From Frigidibacter sp. (GTDB lineage Bacteria; Pseudomonadota; Alphaproteobacteria; Rhodobacterales; Rhodobacteraceae): DNA of 64,000 nt. The notes beneath the pieces are model-generated. The model did not search any database and was not told the origin of the DNA. It saw only the letters and a program-made list of their open reading frames with translations. The stretch covers positions 131,012-195,011 of the forward strand of contig NZ_JAUYTT010000005.1 in assembly GCF_030695035.1 (NCBI RefSeq), given 5' to 3'. Made by a program: the position numbers and the translations under genes. Below, one piece after another: positions 30,500 to 40,115 of the stretch; the first letter of the stretch is position 1, and every line of letters begins with the position of its first letter.

Positions 30500-31894
30500 C
30501 TACGCCCAGTTCCGGTCATGCTCTGCGTGGGTGCGCAGATAGGCGCCGGGCTCGAAATGGGTGTCGTAGAACTCGGTATCGAGGCGATGCGCCTGAAGAT
30601 AGGTGTTCACGAACACCGCGGGCACCGTCGCCGGGAACCGCCCGAAGGTGGAGAGGACATAGTCGGCCATCAATGTGGTGATCTCGATGGCCTCCTCGTC
30701 GATCGGTGCCGCGCTGCCCCGCACCGCGGCGTTCTCCGTATATGGCCCCTTCTGCTTGGCATCGAACGGCCCGCCCTTGCCGAACTTGCGGGCCACCACC
30801 GCCTCGACCGCCGCGCGCATGTCGGCGTGATGTGGGGGCACATGCGCCTCGAACACCCCCGGCAGACCGGTGAAATGCGGCAGGGGGTTGCCCTCCAGCA
30901 TCTCGAAGCGGAAGCCAAGCCCCGGCACCGCCGGATCGCCGCTGGCCCCCAGCACCGTGAAGGGGTTGAGCCCGGTATACATCCAGCCGCCAAGCCCAAG
31001 CGCCTGCAACATCAGCGCGCCGGCATAGCAGGCCGTGCCCATCTCGACCGAGGTATCGGTCAGCGCGATCTGCTCCAGAAAGCTCATCGGATAGGCGACG
31101 TCGAGGTTCAGGCGGTGCGCATACCGCTCCAGCCCCGGGATCGGCCGGCCGTTCACGTTGTCATAGATCCCGGTCCCGTTCTGAACGAGGTAGAGCAGCA
31201 GCAAGATCACATGCTGCGCCACATCCGCCACCGGGAAGACCAGCGTCGAGCCCGGCACATTGGCGCACCAGGTGTTGTGCCCCTCCATATGCGGCATCTC
31301 GGCGGGGATGTTCAGCCGGCCATCGGCCAGCTTCACGATGCGCGAGCGGTGCGCCGCAAGCCAGGCCTTCAGGTCCACCCCGCTGCCCCCGGATTTTACC
31401 GGCGTCATGTCCCGCGTCGGCAGGAAGTAGACGCCGGTGTCGTCGGTGAAGAAGAACTCCGAGGTGTTGAACCCGGCAGAGGACGGAAAGCTGCGCCCGC
31501 CCGCCGCGGCGGTGTAGTTCGGCAGCTTGCCCGCATAGCCCGGATGATGCGCAAAGAGGTTCGCCCAGCCGGTATTGCCCGCGATGGTCGAGATCAGCAG
31601 CATCTGTTCCAGCGGGTCCAGCGCCTCGGGCTCGTGCCGCGAGGTGAAGGCCAGCGGCCCGTTGGGGATCGAGGCGCCCTTGGCGAAACGGCGCGACCGG
31701 CGGCCGTGGATCGCCTCGATCAGGGGGAAGCTCGCAGCCTGCACAAGGCCGCGAGAGAGGGGGGAGAAGGTATCAAGCATGATCTTGCCTTTGGTGCTGA
31801 GGGTTTCGGCCCGGGCAAAGCCAAGGCCGGTCAGAAGCGCCCCGGCACCGATCAGGGTCGTGCCAAGCAGCTTGCGTCTGGTGGTGTCGAACAT
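30500..31894 (-). CDS. Tat-signal protein with a nitroreductase/SagB-like fold, function unknown
   Basis: MFDTTRRKLLGTTLIGAGALLTGLGFARA twin-arginine leader. IEAIHGRRSRRF and GGRSFPSSAGF..EFFF..DTGVYF resemble nitroreductase-superfamily signature stretches. I chose the ATG at 31894. Confidence 0.7.
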   Translation of the reverse strand: MFDTTRRKLLGTTLIGAGALLTGLGFARAETLSTKGKIMLDTFSPLSRGLVQAASFPLIEAIHGRRSRRFAKGASIPNGPLAFTSRHEPEALDPLEQMLLISTIAGNTGWANLFAHHPGYAGKLPNYTAAAGGRSFPSSAGFNTSEFFFTDDTGVYFLPTRDMTPVKSGGSGVDLKAWLAAHRSRIVKLADGRLNIPAEMPHMEGHNTWCANVPGSTLVFPVADVAQHVILLLLYLVQNGTGIYDNVNGRPIPGLERYAHRLNLDVAYPMSFLEQIALTDTSVEMGTACYAGALMLQALGLGGWMYTGLNPFTVLGASGDPAVPGLGFRFEMLEGNPLPHFTGLPGVFEAHVPPHHADMRAAVEAVVARKFGKGGPFDAKQKGPYTENAAVRGSAAPIDEEAIEITTLMADYVLSTFGRFPATVPAVFVNTYLQAHRLDTEFYDTHFEPGAYLRTHAEHDRNWA

Positions 31895-31987
31895 CGGTGT
31901 CTCCGCTGCGCTGTGTTTCGGTGCGCCGCTGATCGCATGAACCCCGCGCACACCGTCAGGCACGGAGTCGACGAAACCGGTCCGGAT

Positions 31988-33028
31988 ATGCCATGCTGGG
32001 ACATGCCCACCCCCTTCGCCCCCACCCGCATCTCGGTTTGCCTGCTGGCGGTGCCAGAGATGGCAACCGGCGTGCTGAACGGGCTTTATGAGGTGTTCAC
32101 CTTCGTCGGCCCGGGATGGGAAATCCTGACCGGCTGGCCCCCCGGCCCCCGCCGCTTTCACCCGCGCATCGTGGCCGCGGACCGAACCCCGTTCCGCAAT
32201 GTGGCCGGGCTGCCGATCATGCCCGACCTGACCTTCGCCGAGGCGCGGCGTGCCGACATCGTCATCGTCGGCGACCTCGCCATCGGGCGGGACGAGGAAA
32301 CCCGCGGCCGATGGCCCGCCGCCACCGAATGGCTGCGCCAGCAACATGCGCAGGGCGCGCTGGTCTGCTCTGTCTGCACCGGCTCGCTGATGTTGGCCGA
32401 GGCGGGGCTGCTGGACGGGACCGAGGCTACCTGCCACTGGGCCGCGGTCGATCAGATGCGCAGCCGCTATCCGGGCGTGCAGCTGCGCCCCGAACGGGTG
32501 CTGGTGGCGGCGGGGGCGGGGCACCGGCTGGTGACGGCGGGCGGCATGGCCTCATGGACCGACCTCGCGCTCTACCTCATCGCGCGGTTCTGCGGCGAGG
32601 AAGAGGCGCGGCGGGCGTCCAAGCTGTTCCTGTTCGGCGACCGCAGCGACGGCCAGCTGCCCTTCGCCGCCCGCGTGCGCCCGCGCCAGCACGATGACGC
32701 CGCCATCGCCGCCGCGCAGGTCTGGATCGCGGACAACTACGCGCTGGAAAATCCGGTGGCGGGGATGACCCAGGTCTCGGGCCTCGCCACCCGCACCTTC
32801 GTGCGCCGCTTCGCGCAGGCGACGGGCTATGCGCCGCTGGACTATGTGCAGTCGCTGCGGATCGAGGAGGCCAAGCAGATGCTGGAAACCACCGACGCCC
32901 CGATCGACGCCATCGCAGAGGAGGTCGGCTACACCGAACCCGCCGCCTTCCGCCGCATCTTCAAACGCGCCACCGGAATCGCCCCGAACCAGTACCGCCA
33001 ACGCTTCCAGCGCGTGGCGATGGCGTGA
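31988..33028 (+). CDS. GlxA-family transcriptional regulator (DJ-1/PfpI domain plus AraC HTH)
   Basis: CSVCTGSLMLAEAGLLDG DJ-1-type nucleophile elbow and a C-terminal AraC HTH (VGYTEPAAFRRIFKRATGIAPNQYR). The start is at 31988 or 32003. Confidence 0.88.
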   Translation: MPCWDMPTPFAPTRISVCLLAVPEMATGVLNGLYEVFTFVGPGWEILTGWPPGPRRFHPRIVAADRTPFRNVAGLPIMPDLTFAEARRADIVIVGDLAIGRDEETRGRWPAATEWLRQQHAQGALVCSVCTGSLMLAEAGLLDGTEATCHWAAVDQMRSRYPGVQLRPERVLVAAGAGHRLVTAGGMASWTDLALYLIARFCGEEEARRASKLFLFGDRSDGQLPFAARVRPRQHDDAAIAAAQVWIADNYALENPVAGMTQVSGLATRTFVRRFAQATGYAPLDYVQSLRIEEAKQMLETTDAPIDAIAEEVGYTEPAAFRRIFKRATGIAPNQYRQRFQRVAMA

Positions 33029-33259
33029 GGCCTGACCGGGGCTGCGGATAAGGCGTGTGACGCCGGGCACCTCCCATACTTCCAAGAACCAGTTGCGCGG
33101 CAAGAAAACGCTGCCGGTCGGGCAGTCTCCGCAATTTTCCGCCCAAAAAGCGGTCGAACTTCAAACGAAATAGACTATTATCTGAATTTGGCATAATATA
33201 AGTATAAAAATCCGAAACTCGCATACAGTGGTCTCAAGAGCTGCCACCCGGGTGACCTG

Positions 33260-34675
33260 ATGATTCCCAACTCACTTGCCGCACTGGAAGACCGCCTGGC
33301 AGAGGATCTGCTCTGGCTGAACCAGCCCGCCAAGGACTGGATGATCCCGCGCCCCGGCGTGCTGGATGTCGCGGTCATCGGCGGCGGCGTGATGGGGCTG
33401 GTGACGCTGGCCGCCCTCCGCCGCATCGGCATCTTCAACGCCCGCGCCTTCGACCGTGCCCCCGCCGGGCGCGAGGGGCCCTGGGTCACCTATGCCCGCA
33501 TGGAGACGCTCCGCACCCGCAAGGAAGCCGCGGGCCCGGCGCTTGGCGTGCCCTCGCTGACCTTCCGCGCCTGGTTCGAGGCGCAGTTCGGCCGCGAGGC
33601 CTGGGCCAGCATGACCCTCGCCCCGCGCGAGATGTGGATGGACTACCTTGTCTGGTATCGCCGCGTGCTGGACCTGCCGGTGGAGAATGACACCAAGGTC
33701 ACCGCCGTCACCCCTAGGGGCCCGCTGGTCGAGCTGGAGCTGAACGGCGCCCGCACCATTCAGGCCCGCCGCGTGGTTCTGGCCACCGGGCTCGACGGCC
33801 TCGGTGCCCCAGCCTTGCCCGAGGTGGCGCGGCGCGTGGACCCGCGGCTGGTCGCGCATGGCGCCGACATGATCGACATGGCCGCCCTGAAGGGCCGCCG
33901 CGTGGCGGTTGTGGGCGCCGGCGCCTCGGCGATGGACAATGCTGCCGCGGCGCTGGAGGCGGGGGCCGCGCAGGTCGATATCTTCGTGCGTCGCCCCGAC
34001 ATCCCGCGCATCGACAAGTTCACCGGCATCGGCTCGCCCGGCATGACCCACGGCTATCTCGGCCTGCCCGACGCGGTGAAATGGGCCTATATGGTCGAGG
34101 GCGAACGCGCGCAGATCCCGCCGCCGCGCCATTCGGTGCTGCGCGTCAGCCGCCATCCCGGCGCGCGTTTCCATCTGGCCAGCCCGATTGACGATCTTGT
34201 GGCCGAAGACGGCGGGCTGACCGTCGTCACCCCCAAGGGCCGCTACAGGGTCGATTTCGCCATCTTCGCCACCGGCTTTTCCGCCGATCTGGCGGAACGC
34301 CCGGAATTCGCCGCGCTCGATGGCCGCGTCAAGCTGTGGCGCGACGCGCATGACCCCGCCCCCGGCATGGACCACGCGGGTATCGGCCAGATGCCCTATC
34401 TCGGCCCCGCCTTCGAGTTCCTGCCCAAGGCGCCCGGCGACAACGTCTCGCATATCCACTGCTTCGCCTACCCGGCGGTTCCCAGCCACGGCAAAATCAC
34501 CAGCGGCGTGCCGGCGATCAGCGATGGCGCCCTGCGCCTGGCCTCGGGCATCGCCCGTTCGCTCTTCGTCGAGGACGCAGAGCATCACTTGGCAGCCTTC
34601 CGCGACTTCGCCACGCCCGAGCTTTTCGGCGACGAATGGACCGATGCCGATCTTGAGGAACCTTCCTATGTCTAA
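33260..34675 (+). CDS. Two-dinucleotide-fold flavoprotein (class B monooxygenase-like NAD(P)/FAD-dependent oxidoreductase)
   Basis: DVAVIGGGVMG and RVAVVGAGASAMDNA Rossmann motifs, with ATGF near the C-terminus. Confidence 0.8.
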   Translation: MIPNSLAALEDRLAEDLLWLNQPAKDWMIPRPGVLDVAVIGGGVMGLVTLAALRRIGIFNARAFDRAPAGREGPWVTYARMETLRTRKEAAGPALGVPSLTFRAWFEAQFGREAWASMTLAPREMWMDYLVWYRRVLDLPVENDTKVTAVTPRGPLVELELNGARTIQARRVVLATGLDGLGAPALPEVARRVDPRLVAHGADMIDMAALKGRRVAVVGAGASAMDNAAAALEAGAAQVDIFVRRPDIPRIDKFTGIGSPGMTHGYLGLPDAVKWAYMVEGERAQIPPPRHSVLRVSRHPGARFHLASPIDDLVAEDGGLTVVTPKGRYRVDFAIFATGFSADLAERPEFAALDGRVKLWRDAHDPAPGMDHAGIGQMPYLGPAFEFLPKAPGDNVSHIHCFAYPAVPSHGKITSGVPAISDGALRLASGIARSLFVEDAEHHLAAFRDFATPELFGDEWTDADLEEPSYV

Positions 34676-35285
34676 GCCTGTCCTTCAGGCCTTCTACGGC
34701 ATGTCGTCCCCCTGGGCCTATCTGGGCGCGCAGCGGCTGGTCGCCATCGCCCGTGACGCCGGCGCCACGCTGGTGCATCGCCCGATCCGGCTGATCGAGG
34801 CCAATGGCGGCATCCCGCTGCGCACCCGGCCCGACTATCGCCAGAAATACCACGAGGTCGAACTGGACCGCTGGCGCAAGCATCTGGGCATCCCGCTGAA
34901 CCTCAAGCCGAAATTCTACCCCTGCCGCACCATCGAGACGGCGGCGCAGGCGGTGATCGCGGTGCAAAAGGCCGGGATCGAGGTCGCGGGATTCTCCTTC
35001 GCCATCCAGCGCGCGCTCTGGGCCGAAGACCGCGACATCGCCGATCTTGCCACGCTGCGCGAGCTTGCCCTGGCAACGGTGGGCGAGGCCGGCGCGGCGC
35101 TGGTCCGCGACCCGCAGCCCGCCGATATCGTGGCCGACTGGCACGCCAACCTTGCCGAGGCAGAGGATCGCGGGATCTTCGGCACCCCCACCTATGTGGT
35201 GAATGACGAGCTGTTCTGGGGCCAGGACCGGCTGGACTTCGTGGCCCGCGCGCTGGCCGCCGCCAAGCAGAAAGAGATCGCGTGA
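34668..35285 (+). CDS. 2-hydroxychromene-2-carboxylate isomerase / kappa-GST-like DsbA-fold protein
   Basis: FYGMSSPWAYLG N-terminal motif and GTPTYVVNDELFWGQDRL C-terminal motif. The start overlaps the upstream gene by 8 nt. Confidence 0.85.
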   Translation: MSKPVLQAFYGMSSPWAYLGAQRLVAIARDAGATLVHRPIRLIEANGGIPLRTRPDYRQKYHEVELDRWRKHLGIPLNLKPKFYPCRTIETAAQAVIAVQKAGIEVAGFSFAIQRALWAEDRDIADLATLRELALATVGEAGAALVRDPQPADIVADWHANLAEAEDRGIFGTPTYVVNDELFWGQDRLDFVARALAAAKQKEIA

Positions 35286-36310
35286 TAGACACTCCAACCT
35301 GGACCATTTCTCCCGAGGCGCAGGCCCTGCATGACGGAGCCCTCATTGTGGACGGGCTGCAAACCTCGCTCTGGGGCCGACCGATCTTTGAAGAGATGCG
35401 GGCGGGCGGCATCACCGCCGTCAACGTCTCGACCGTGCTGTGGGAGAATTTCGTGGAAGGCATCGGCTATGTGTCGATGTGGAAGCGGTTCCTGCGCGAG
35501 AATGCCGATATCCTCGCCCCGGTGAAGACGGTGGCCGACATTCACGCCGCCAAGGCCGCCGGCAAGACCGGCATCATCCTGGGCTGGCAGAACACCTCGC
35601 CGCTGGAAGACAAGCTGGACCACGTCGAGATCTTCAAGGATCTGGGCGTGAACATCATGCAGCTGACCTACAACACCCAGAACTATTCGGGCGCGGGCTA
35701 TCTGGAAGAGCATGACAGCGGCCTGACCGGCTTTGGCCGCGAGGTGGTGTCGGAGATGAACCGCCTCGGCGTGCTGTGCGACCTCAGCCATGTCGGCGAC
35801 AAGACCTCGGCCGATACCATCGCGTATTCCAAGGCGCCGGTCTGCATCAGCCATATCCTGCCGCGTGCCCTGCATGACGTGAAGCGCAACAAGAACGACG
35901 ATCTGTTCCTTGCCTGCGCCGAAAAGGGCGGGCTGATCGGCCTGTCACTCTTCGCGCCGGGGCTGAAGGCCGGGAATGACGCCACGGTCGAGGATGTGCT
36001 GGACGCTATGGAGCATGTGATCGGCCTTGTCGGCTTTGACCATGTCGGCATCGGCACCGATTTCTCGCTCGACCGGCCGCGGCCCTCGGACTGGCTCCTC
36101 TGGGCCAATCGCGACAAGGGCACCGCCCGCAAGCTGACGGAGTTTGGCAACGTCAAGATCAACAAGCCTGCCGGCATCCGCCGGATGACCGACCTGCCGA
36201 ACATGACCGGCCGGATGCTCGCCCGCGGCTGGGGCGAGCAGAACGTGACCAAGATCCTAGGCCTGAACTGGCTGTCGCTGTTCGACCGCGCCTGGACCCC
36301 CACCGCCTGA
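35282..36310 (+). CDS. Membrane (renal-type) dipeptidase, peptidase family M19
   Basis: IVDGLQ, LGVNIMQLTYNTQN and VLCDLSHVGDKT motifs. Its GTGA overlaps the upstream gene. Confidence 0.9.
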   Translation: MIDTPTWTISPEAQALHDGALIVDGLQTSLWGRPIFEEMRAGGITAVNVSTVLWENFVEGIGYVSMWKRFLRENADILAPVKTVADIHAAKAAGKTGIILGWQNTSPLEDKLDHVEIFKDLGVNIMQLTYNTQNYSGAGYLEEHDSGLTGFGREVVSEMNRLGVLCDLSHVGDKTSADTIAYSKAPVCISHILPRALHDVKRNKNDDLFLACAEKGGLIGLSLFAPGLKAGNDATVEDVLDAMEHVIGLVGFDHVGIGTDFSLDRPRPSDWLLWANRDKGTARKLTEFGNVKINKPAGIRRMTDLPNMTGRMLARGWGEQNVTKILGLNWLSLFDRAWTPTA

Positions 36311-36339
36311 CTGCTCACCCTCCAAAGGAGACTGCCCCC

Positions 36340-37380
36340 ATGACGAACCGCACCTCCCTATCGCTGCTTGCGCTGCTCGCCGCCACCGGCGCCGCCCATG
36401 CGCAGGACAAGACCCCGCTGAACGTCGTCGGCTTCTCGGGCGTCTTCGCCGAGAACTACGAGAAATTCATCATCGCCCCGTTCGAGGCGGCCCATCCCGA
36501 TATCGACGTCATCTACCAGCCGTCGAAGAACTCGGCCGAAACGCTGGCGCTGCTGACGCTGCAGCGGTCCGACCCGACGGTGGACGTGGCGCTGATCGAC
36601 GTGTCGGTGGCGATCAAGGCCAATGGCGAGGGGCTGTTCGCCACGCTCGATGAAGCCTCGGTCCCCAACCTTGCCGATCAGCCCGCCTGGGCGCGGATCG
36701 ACGGCGACAAGTCCATCGCCTTCAGCCAGGACAACCTGACGATCCTCTACAACACCGAAACGGTCAGCGAACCGCCGACCAGCTGGACCGATCTGGCCGA
36801 CCCCAAATACAAGGGCAAGATCGCCGCCAAGCTGGCCGATACCCGCGGCGTGATCCTGATCCCGATCCTGAACAAGATCGCCGGCGCGGATTACAAGGAA
36901 ACCATCGACCCGGCCATCGAGGCGCTGAACCAGTTCGCCCCCAACGTCTCCACCTGGGAGCCCGCGCCCGACTGCTATGCCGTCGTGCAAAGCGGCGAGG
37001 TGGACCTGTCGATCTGCTGGAACGGCCGCTCGCAATACCTGCATGACACGCAAGGCGGCATCATTGGTGTGTCGGCCCCGAAGGAAGGCTCCATCGGCCA
37101 GACCAACACGATCAACCTCGTCGAAGGTTCGGCCCATGCCGAGGCTGCCAAGACCTTCATCAACTACGCCCTGTCGGCCGAGGCGCAGGCGACCTTCGCC
37201 GAGAAAAGCTTCTACGGCCCGGTGAACACCAAGGTCGAGCTGTCGCCCGAAGTCGCCACCCGGATCTATGGCTCGCCCGAAGCGCAGGCAGCGCAGATGT
37301 CGCTCGACTGGCCCTGGATCGCCACGGTGTATTCGGAGTGGATCCAGCGCATCAACCGCGAAGTCATCGCGTTCAACTGA
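36340..37380 (+). CDS. ABC transporter periplasmic substrate-binding protein (PotD/PotF-like family)
   Basis: Signal peptide LLAATGAAHA on a 346 aa protein, followed by PotA/B/C-type genes. Confidence 0.88.
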   Translation: MTNRTSLSLLALLAATGAAHAQDKTPLNVVGFSGVFAENYEKFIIAPFEAAHPDIDVIYQPSKNSAETLALLTLQRSDPTVDVALIDVSVAIKANGEGLFATLDEASVPNLADQPAWARIDGDKSIAFSQDNLTILYNTETVSEPPTSWTDLADPKYKGKIAAKLADTRGVILIPILNKIAGADYKETIDPAIEALNQFAPNVSTWEPAPDCYAVVQSGEVDLSICWNGRSQYLHDTQGGIIGVSAPKEGSIGQTNTINLVEGSAHAEAAKTFINYALSAEAQATFAEKSFYGPVNTKVELSPEVATRIYGSPEAQAAQMSLDWPWIATVYSEWIQRINREVIAFN

Positions 37381-37403
37381 CCTGAACAGACGGAGGGCGA
37401 GCT

Positions 37404-38465
37404 ATGTCCGAACATCACGTCGTCGTGGAAAACCTGGTGAAAACCTATCCGGGTGCGGCCACGCCCTCTGTCGACCATGTCAGCTTCGCGCTGCCCAAGG
37501 GCGAGATGCTGGCGCTGCTTGGCCCATCGGGCTGCGGCAAGACCACGATCCTGCGCATGATCGCCGGGCTGATCGAGCCGACCTCGGGCGCGATCCAGCT
37601 GAACGGGCGCGAGATTTCGCAAACCCCGGTCCACAAGCGCAACATGGGCATGGTGTTTCAGGCCTATGCGCTGTTCCCGCATATGACGGTGGCGGGCAAT
37701 GTCGCCTTCGGGCTGGAAATGCGCGGCGTCCCCAATTCGGAACGCGGGCCCAAGGTCCAGCGCGCGCTCGACATGGTCAAGCTTGGCCATCTGGGCGACC
37801 GGCGCGTCACCCAGCTGTCGGGCGGCCAGCAACAGCGCTGCGCCATCGCCCGCTCGCTGGTGATCGAACCCGAACTCCTGCTGCTGGACGAGCCGCTGTC
37901 GAACCTCGACGCCAAGCTGCGCGACGAGATGCGGGATGAGATCCGCGAGATCCAGTCCCGCACCGGCGTGACGGCGATCTTCGTGACCCATGATCAGGAC
38001 GAGGCGCTGTCGATGGCCGACCGGCTGGCGGTGATGTCGGCCGGCCGGATCGAGCAGATCGGCACCCCGCGCGAGATTTTCGACGCGCCCGCCAACGAGT
38101 TCGTCGCCGGCTTCATCGGGGCTGGAAACTTCCTGTCGGGCCGCGTGACCGCGCCGGGACAGGCCGAAATCGAAGGGCTCGGCCCGCTGCGCTTTGCGGC
38201 GCCGGCCAGCGTCGGCTCTCGGGTGCAGCTGATGGTGCGCCCGCACCGCTTCAAGCTGGCAGCGCCGGGGCCGAATGCCTTTACCGGGCAGGTCGAAAGC
38301 CTGGTCTATCGCGGCCAGATCCTGACGCTTGCCATCACCGTCGGTGGCAGGCGGCTGACGGCAGACCTGCACACCCATGCCGGCACCCTGCCCGCCAAGG
38401 GCGATACGGTCACCCTGGCCGTCGCGCCCGGCGACGTCACCTTCCTGTCCGAGGCCGCGGCATGA
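37404..38465 (+). CDS. ABC transporter ATP-binding protein (PotA-like, with a C-terminal TOBE-type domain)
   Basis: Walker A GPSGCGKTT, signature LSGGQQQR and Walker B LLLLDEP. Confidence 0.93.
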   Translation: MSEHHVVVENLVKTYPGAATPSVDHVSFALPKGEMLALLGPSGCGKTTILRMIAGLIEPTSGAIQLNGREISQTPVHKRNMGMVFQAYALFPHMTVAGNVAFGLEMRGVPNSERGPKVQRALDMVKLGHLGDRRVTQLSGGQQQRCAIARSLVIEPELLLLDEPLSNLDAKLRDEMRDEIREIQSRTGVTAIFVTHDQDEALSMADRLAVMSAGRIEQIGTPREIFDAPANEFVAGFIGAGNFLSGRVTAPGQAEIEGLGPLRFAAPASVGSRVQLMVRPHRFKLAAPGPNAFTGQVESLVYRGQILTLAITVGGRRLTADLHTHAGTLPAKGDTVTLAVAPGDVTFLSEAAA

Positions 38466-39337
38466 GCGGGGCCGCGGCCCCCGCGCAGCAGATGACGGGC
38501 TCGAACCGCTATATGCTGCTGATCTTGCTGGTGCCGGGGCTGCTGGCGCTGATGACGACCTTCCTGTTGCCGATGGTCTGGCTGGCGCGGGCGTCGTTCT
38601 CGACCTCGTCGATGTCCGCCTTTGGCGGTGGCGTGACGCTGGAGCATTACCACGCCGCGCTGACCGATCCCTTCTACTGGAAGGTGGCGATGAACACCCT
38701 CTCGCTTGGGGTCACGGTCAGCTTCTTCGCGGTGATCCTGTCCTATCCGATCGCGCTGTTCCTGACGCGCAGCACCAGCCGCTGGCGCGGGGTGCTGACC
38801 GCGCTGGCCGTCGCACCGCTGCTGACCTCGGCCGTGGTGCGGACCTATGGCTGGATGGTGATCCTCGGCGACCGCGGCGTCATCAACAGCACGCTGCAAT
38901 CGCTGTCGCTGACGACCGATCCTGTGCGCCTGTCCAACAACACCTTCGGCGCCACCGTCGCGCTGGTGGAAATCCTGATGCCCTATGCGATCCTTGCGAT
39001 GCTGGCGGGCTTTGGCCGGTTGAACCCGCAGCTGGAAGAGGCCGCCTCGATGCTGGGGGCCAGCAAGCTGCGCGTCTTCTGGCGCATCATCCTGCCGCTG
39101 TCGCTGCCCGGCATTCTGACCGGGGCGCTGCTGGTCTTCGTGCTGGCCATCTCGGCCTTTGTCACGCCGCGGCTGATGGGCGGCGGCCGGGTCTTCGTGC
39201 TGGGGACCGAAGTGTTTCAGGAGGCAACGGTCACGCTGAACTGGCCGCTGGCCGCGGCGCTGTCGGTCGTCCTGCTGGCGCTCTTCTCCTCGGTCATCGT
39301 CATCTATCAACGCGCCCTGCGCCGGCTGGAGGCCTGA
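38462..39337 (+). CDS. ABC transporter permease (PotB-like)
   Basis: Six TM segments and an EAA loop (EEAASMLGASKLRVFWRIILP). It has an ATGA overlap. Confidence 0.9.
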   Translation: MSGAAAPAQQMTGSNRYMLLILLVPGLLALMTTFLLPMVWLARASFSTSSMSAFGGGVTLEHYHAALTDPFYWKVAMNTLSLGVTVSFFAVILSYPIALFLTRSTSRWRGVLTALAVAPLLTSAVVRTYGWMVILGDRGVINSTLQSLSLTTDPVRLSNNTFGATVALVEILMPYAILAMLAGFGRLNPQLEEAASMLGASKLRVFWRIILPLSLPGILTGALLVFVLAISAFVTPRLMGGGRVFVLGTEVFQEATVTLNWPLAAALSVVLLALFSSVIVIYQRALRRLEA

Positions 39338-39338
39338 C

Positions 39339-40115
39339 ATGTCCCGCACCCTCTGGCACTTCCTGATCGCGCTGCTGTACCTGTTTCTGCTGGCGCCGAT
39401 CCTTGTGGTGGTGATCGTGTCCTTCGACACCCGCCAATATCTGGCCTTCCCGCCCGAAAGCCTGTCCTTCGGCAGCTATGCCAAGGTCTTCGCCAACCAG
39501 ACCTTCATCTCGGCCTTCGGGCGCAGCGTGATGATCGGGCTGGCGGTCGGGCTGGCGGCGGTGGTGATCGGCACGCTCTTGTCGATGGCGCTGGTGCGCT
39601 ACCGCTTCCGCGGGCGCGAGGGGGTCAACTTCCTGATCCTCGCGCCCTTCCTTGTGCCGCATATCGTGCTGGCAGTGGGGATCATGCTGGTGCTGGCGCC
39701 GATGCAGCTGCTGGACAGCTATACCGGCATCATCCTCGCCCATCTTGGCATCACCGTGCCCTACACCGTCCGCACCATCACCATGAGCCTGATGTCGGTA
39801 GACCGGCGGGTGGAAGAGGCGGCAATGGTCCATGGCGCCACCCCCTTCGCGGTGTTCCGCCGCATCACCCTGCCACTGATCGCGCCGGGCCTGATTGCGG
39901 GCGGGGTCATCGCCTTCCTGATCTCGTTCGACGAGGCGACGATCTCGCTGTTCATCGTGTCGGTGAAGGTCTCGACCCTGCCGACAGAGATCTACAACTA
40001 CCTCGAGGTCTCGACCGATCCGCAGATCGCCGCGCTGTCGGTGCTGCTGATCGCGGTGTCCATCGTGGTGGTGATCGCGGTCGAGAAGCTGATCGGCCTG
40101 AGACGCGCCCTGTGA
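39339..40115 (+). CDS. ABC transporter permease (PotC-like)
   Basis: EAA loop (EEAAMVHGATPFAVFRRITLP). It starts 1 nt after the previous stop. Confidence 0.9.
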   Translation: MSRTLWHFLIALLYLFLLAPILVVVIVSFDTRQYLAFPPESLSFGSYAKVFANQTFISAFGRSVMIGLAVGLAAVVIGTLLSMALVRYRFRGREGVNFLILAPFLVPHIVLAVGIMLVLAPMQLLDSYTGIILAHLGITVPYTVRTITMSLMSVDRRVEEAAMVHGATPFAVFRRITLPLIAPGLIAGGVIAFLISFDEATISLFIVSVKVSTLPTEIYNYLEVSTDPQIAALSVLLIAVSIVVVIAVEKLIGLRRAL

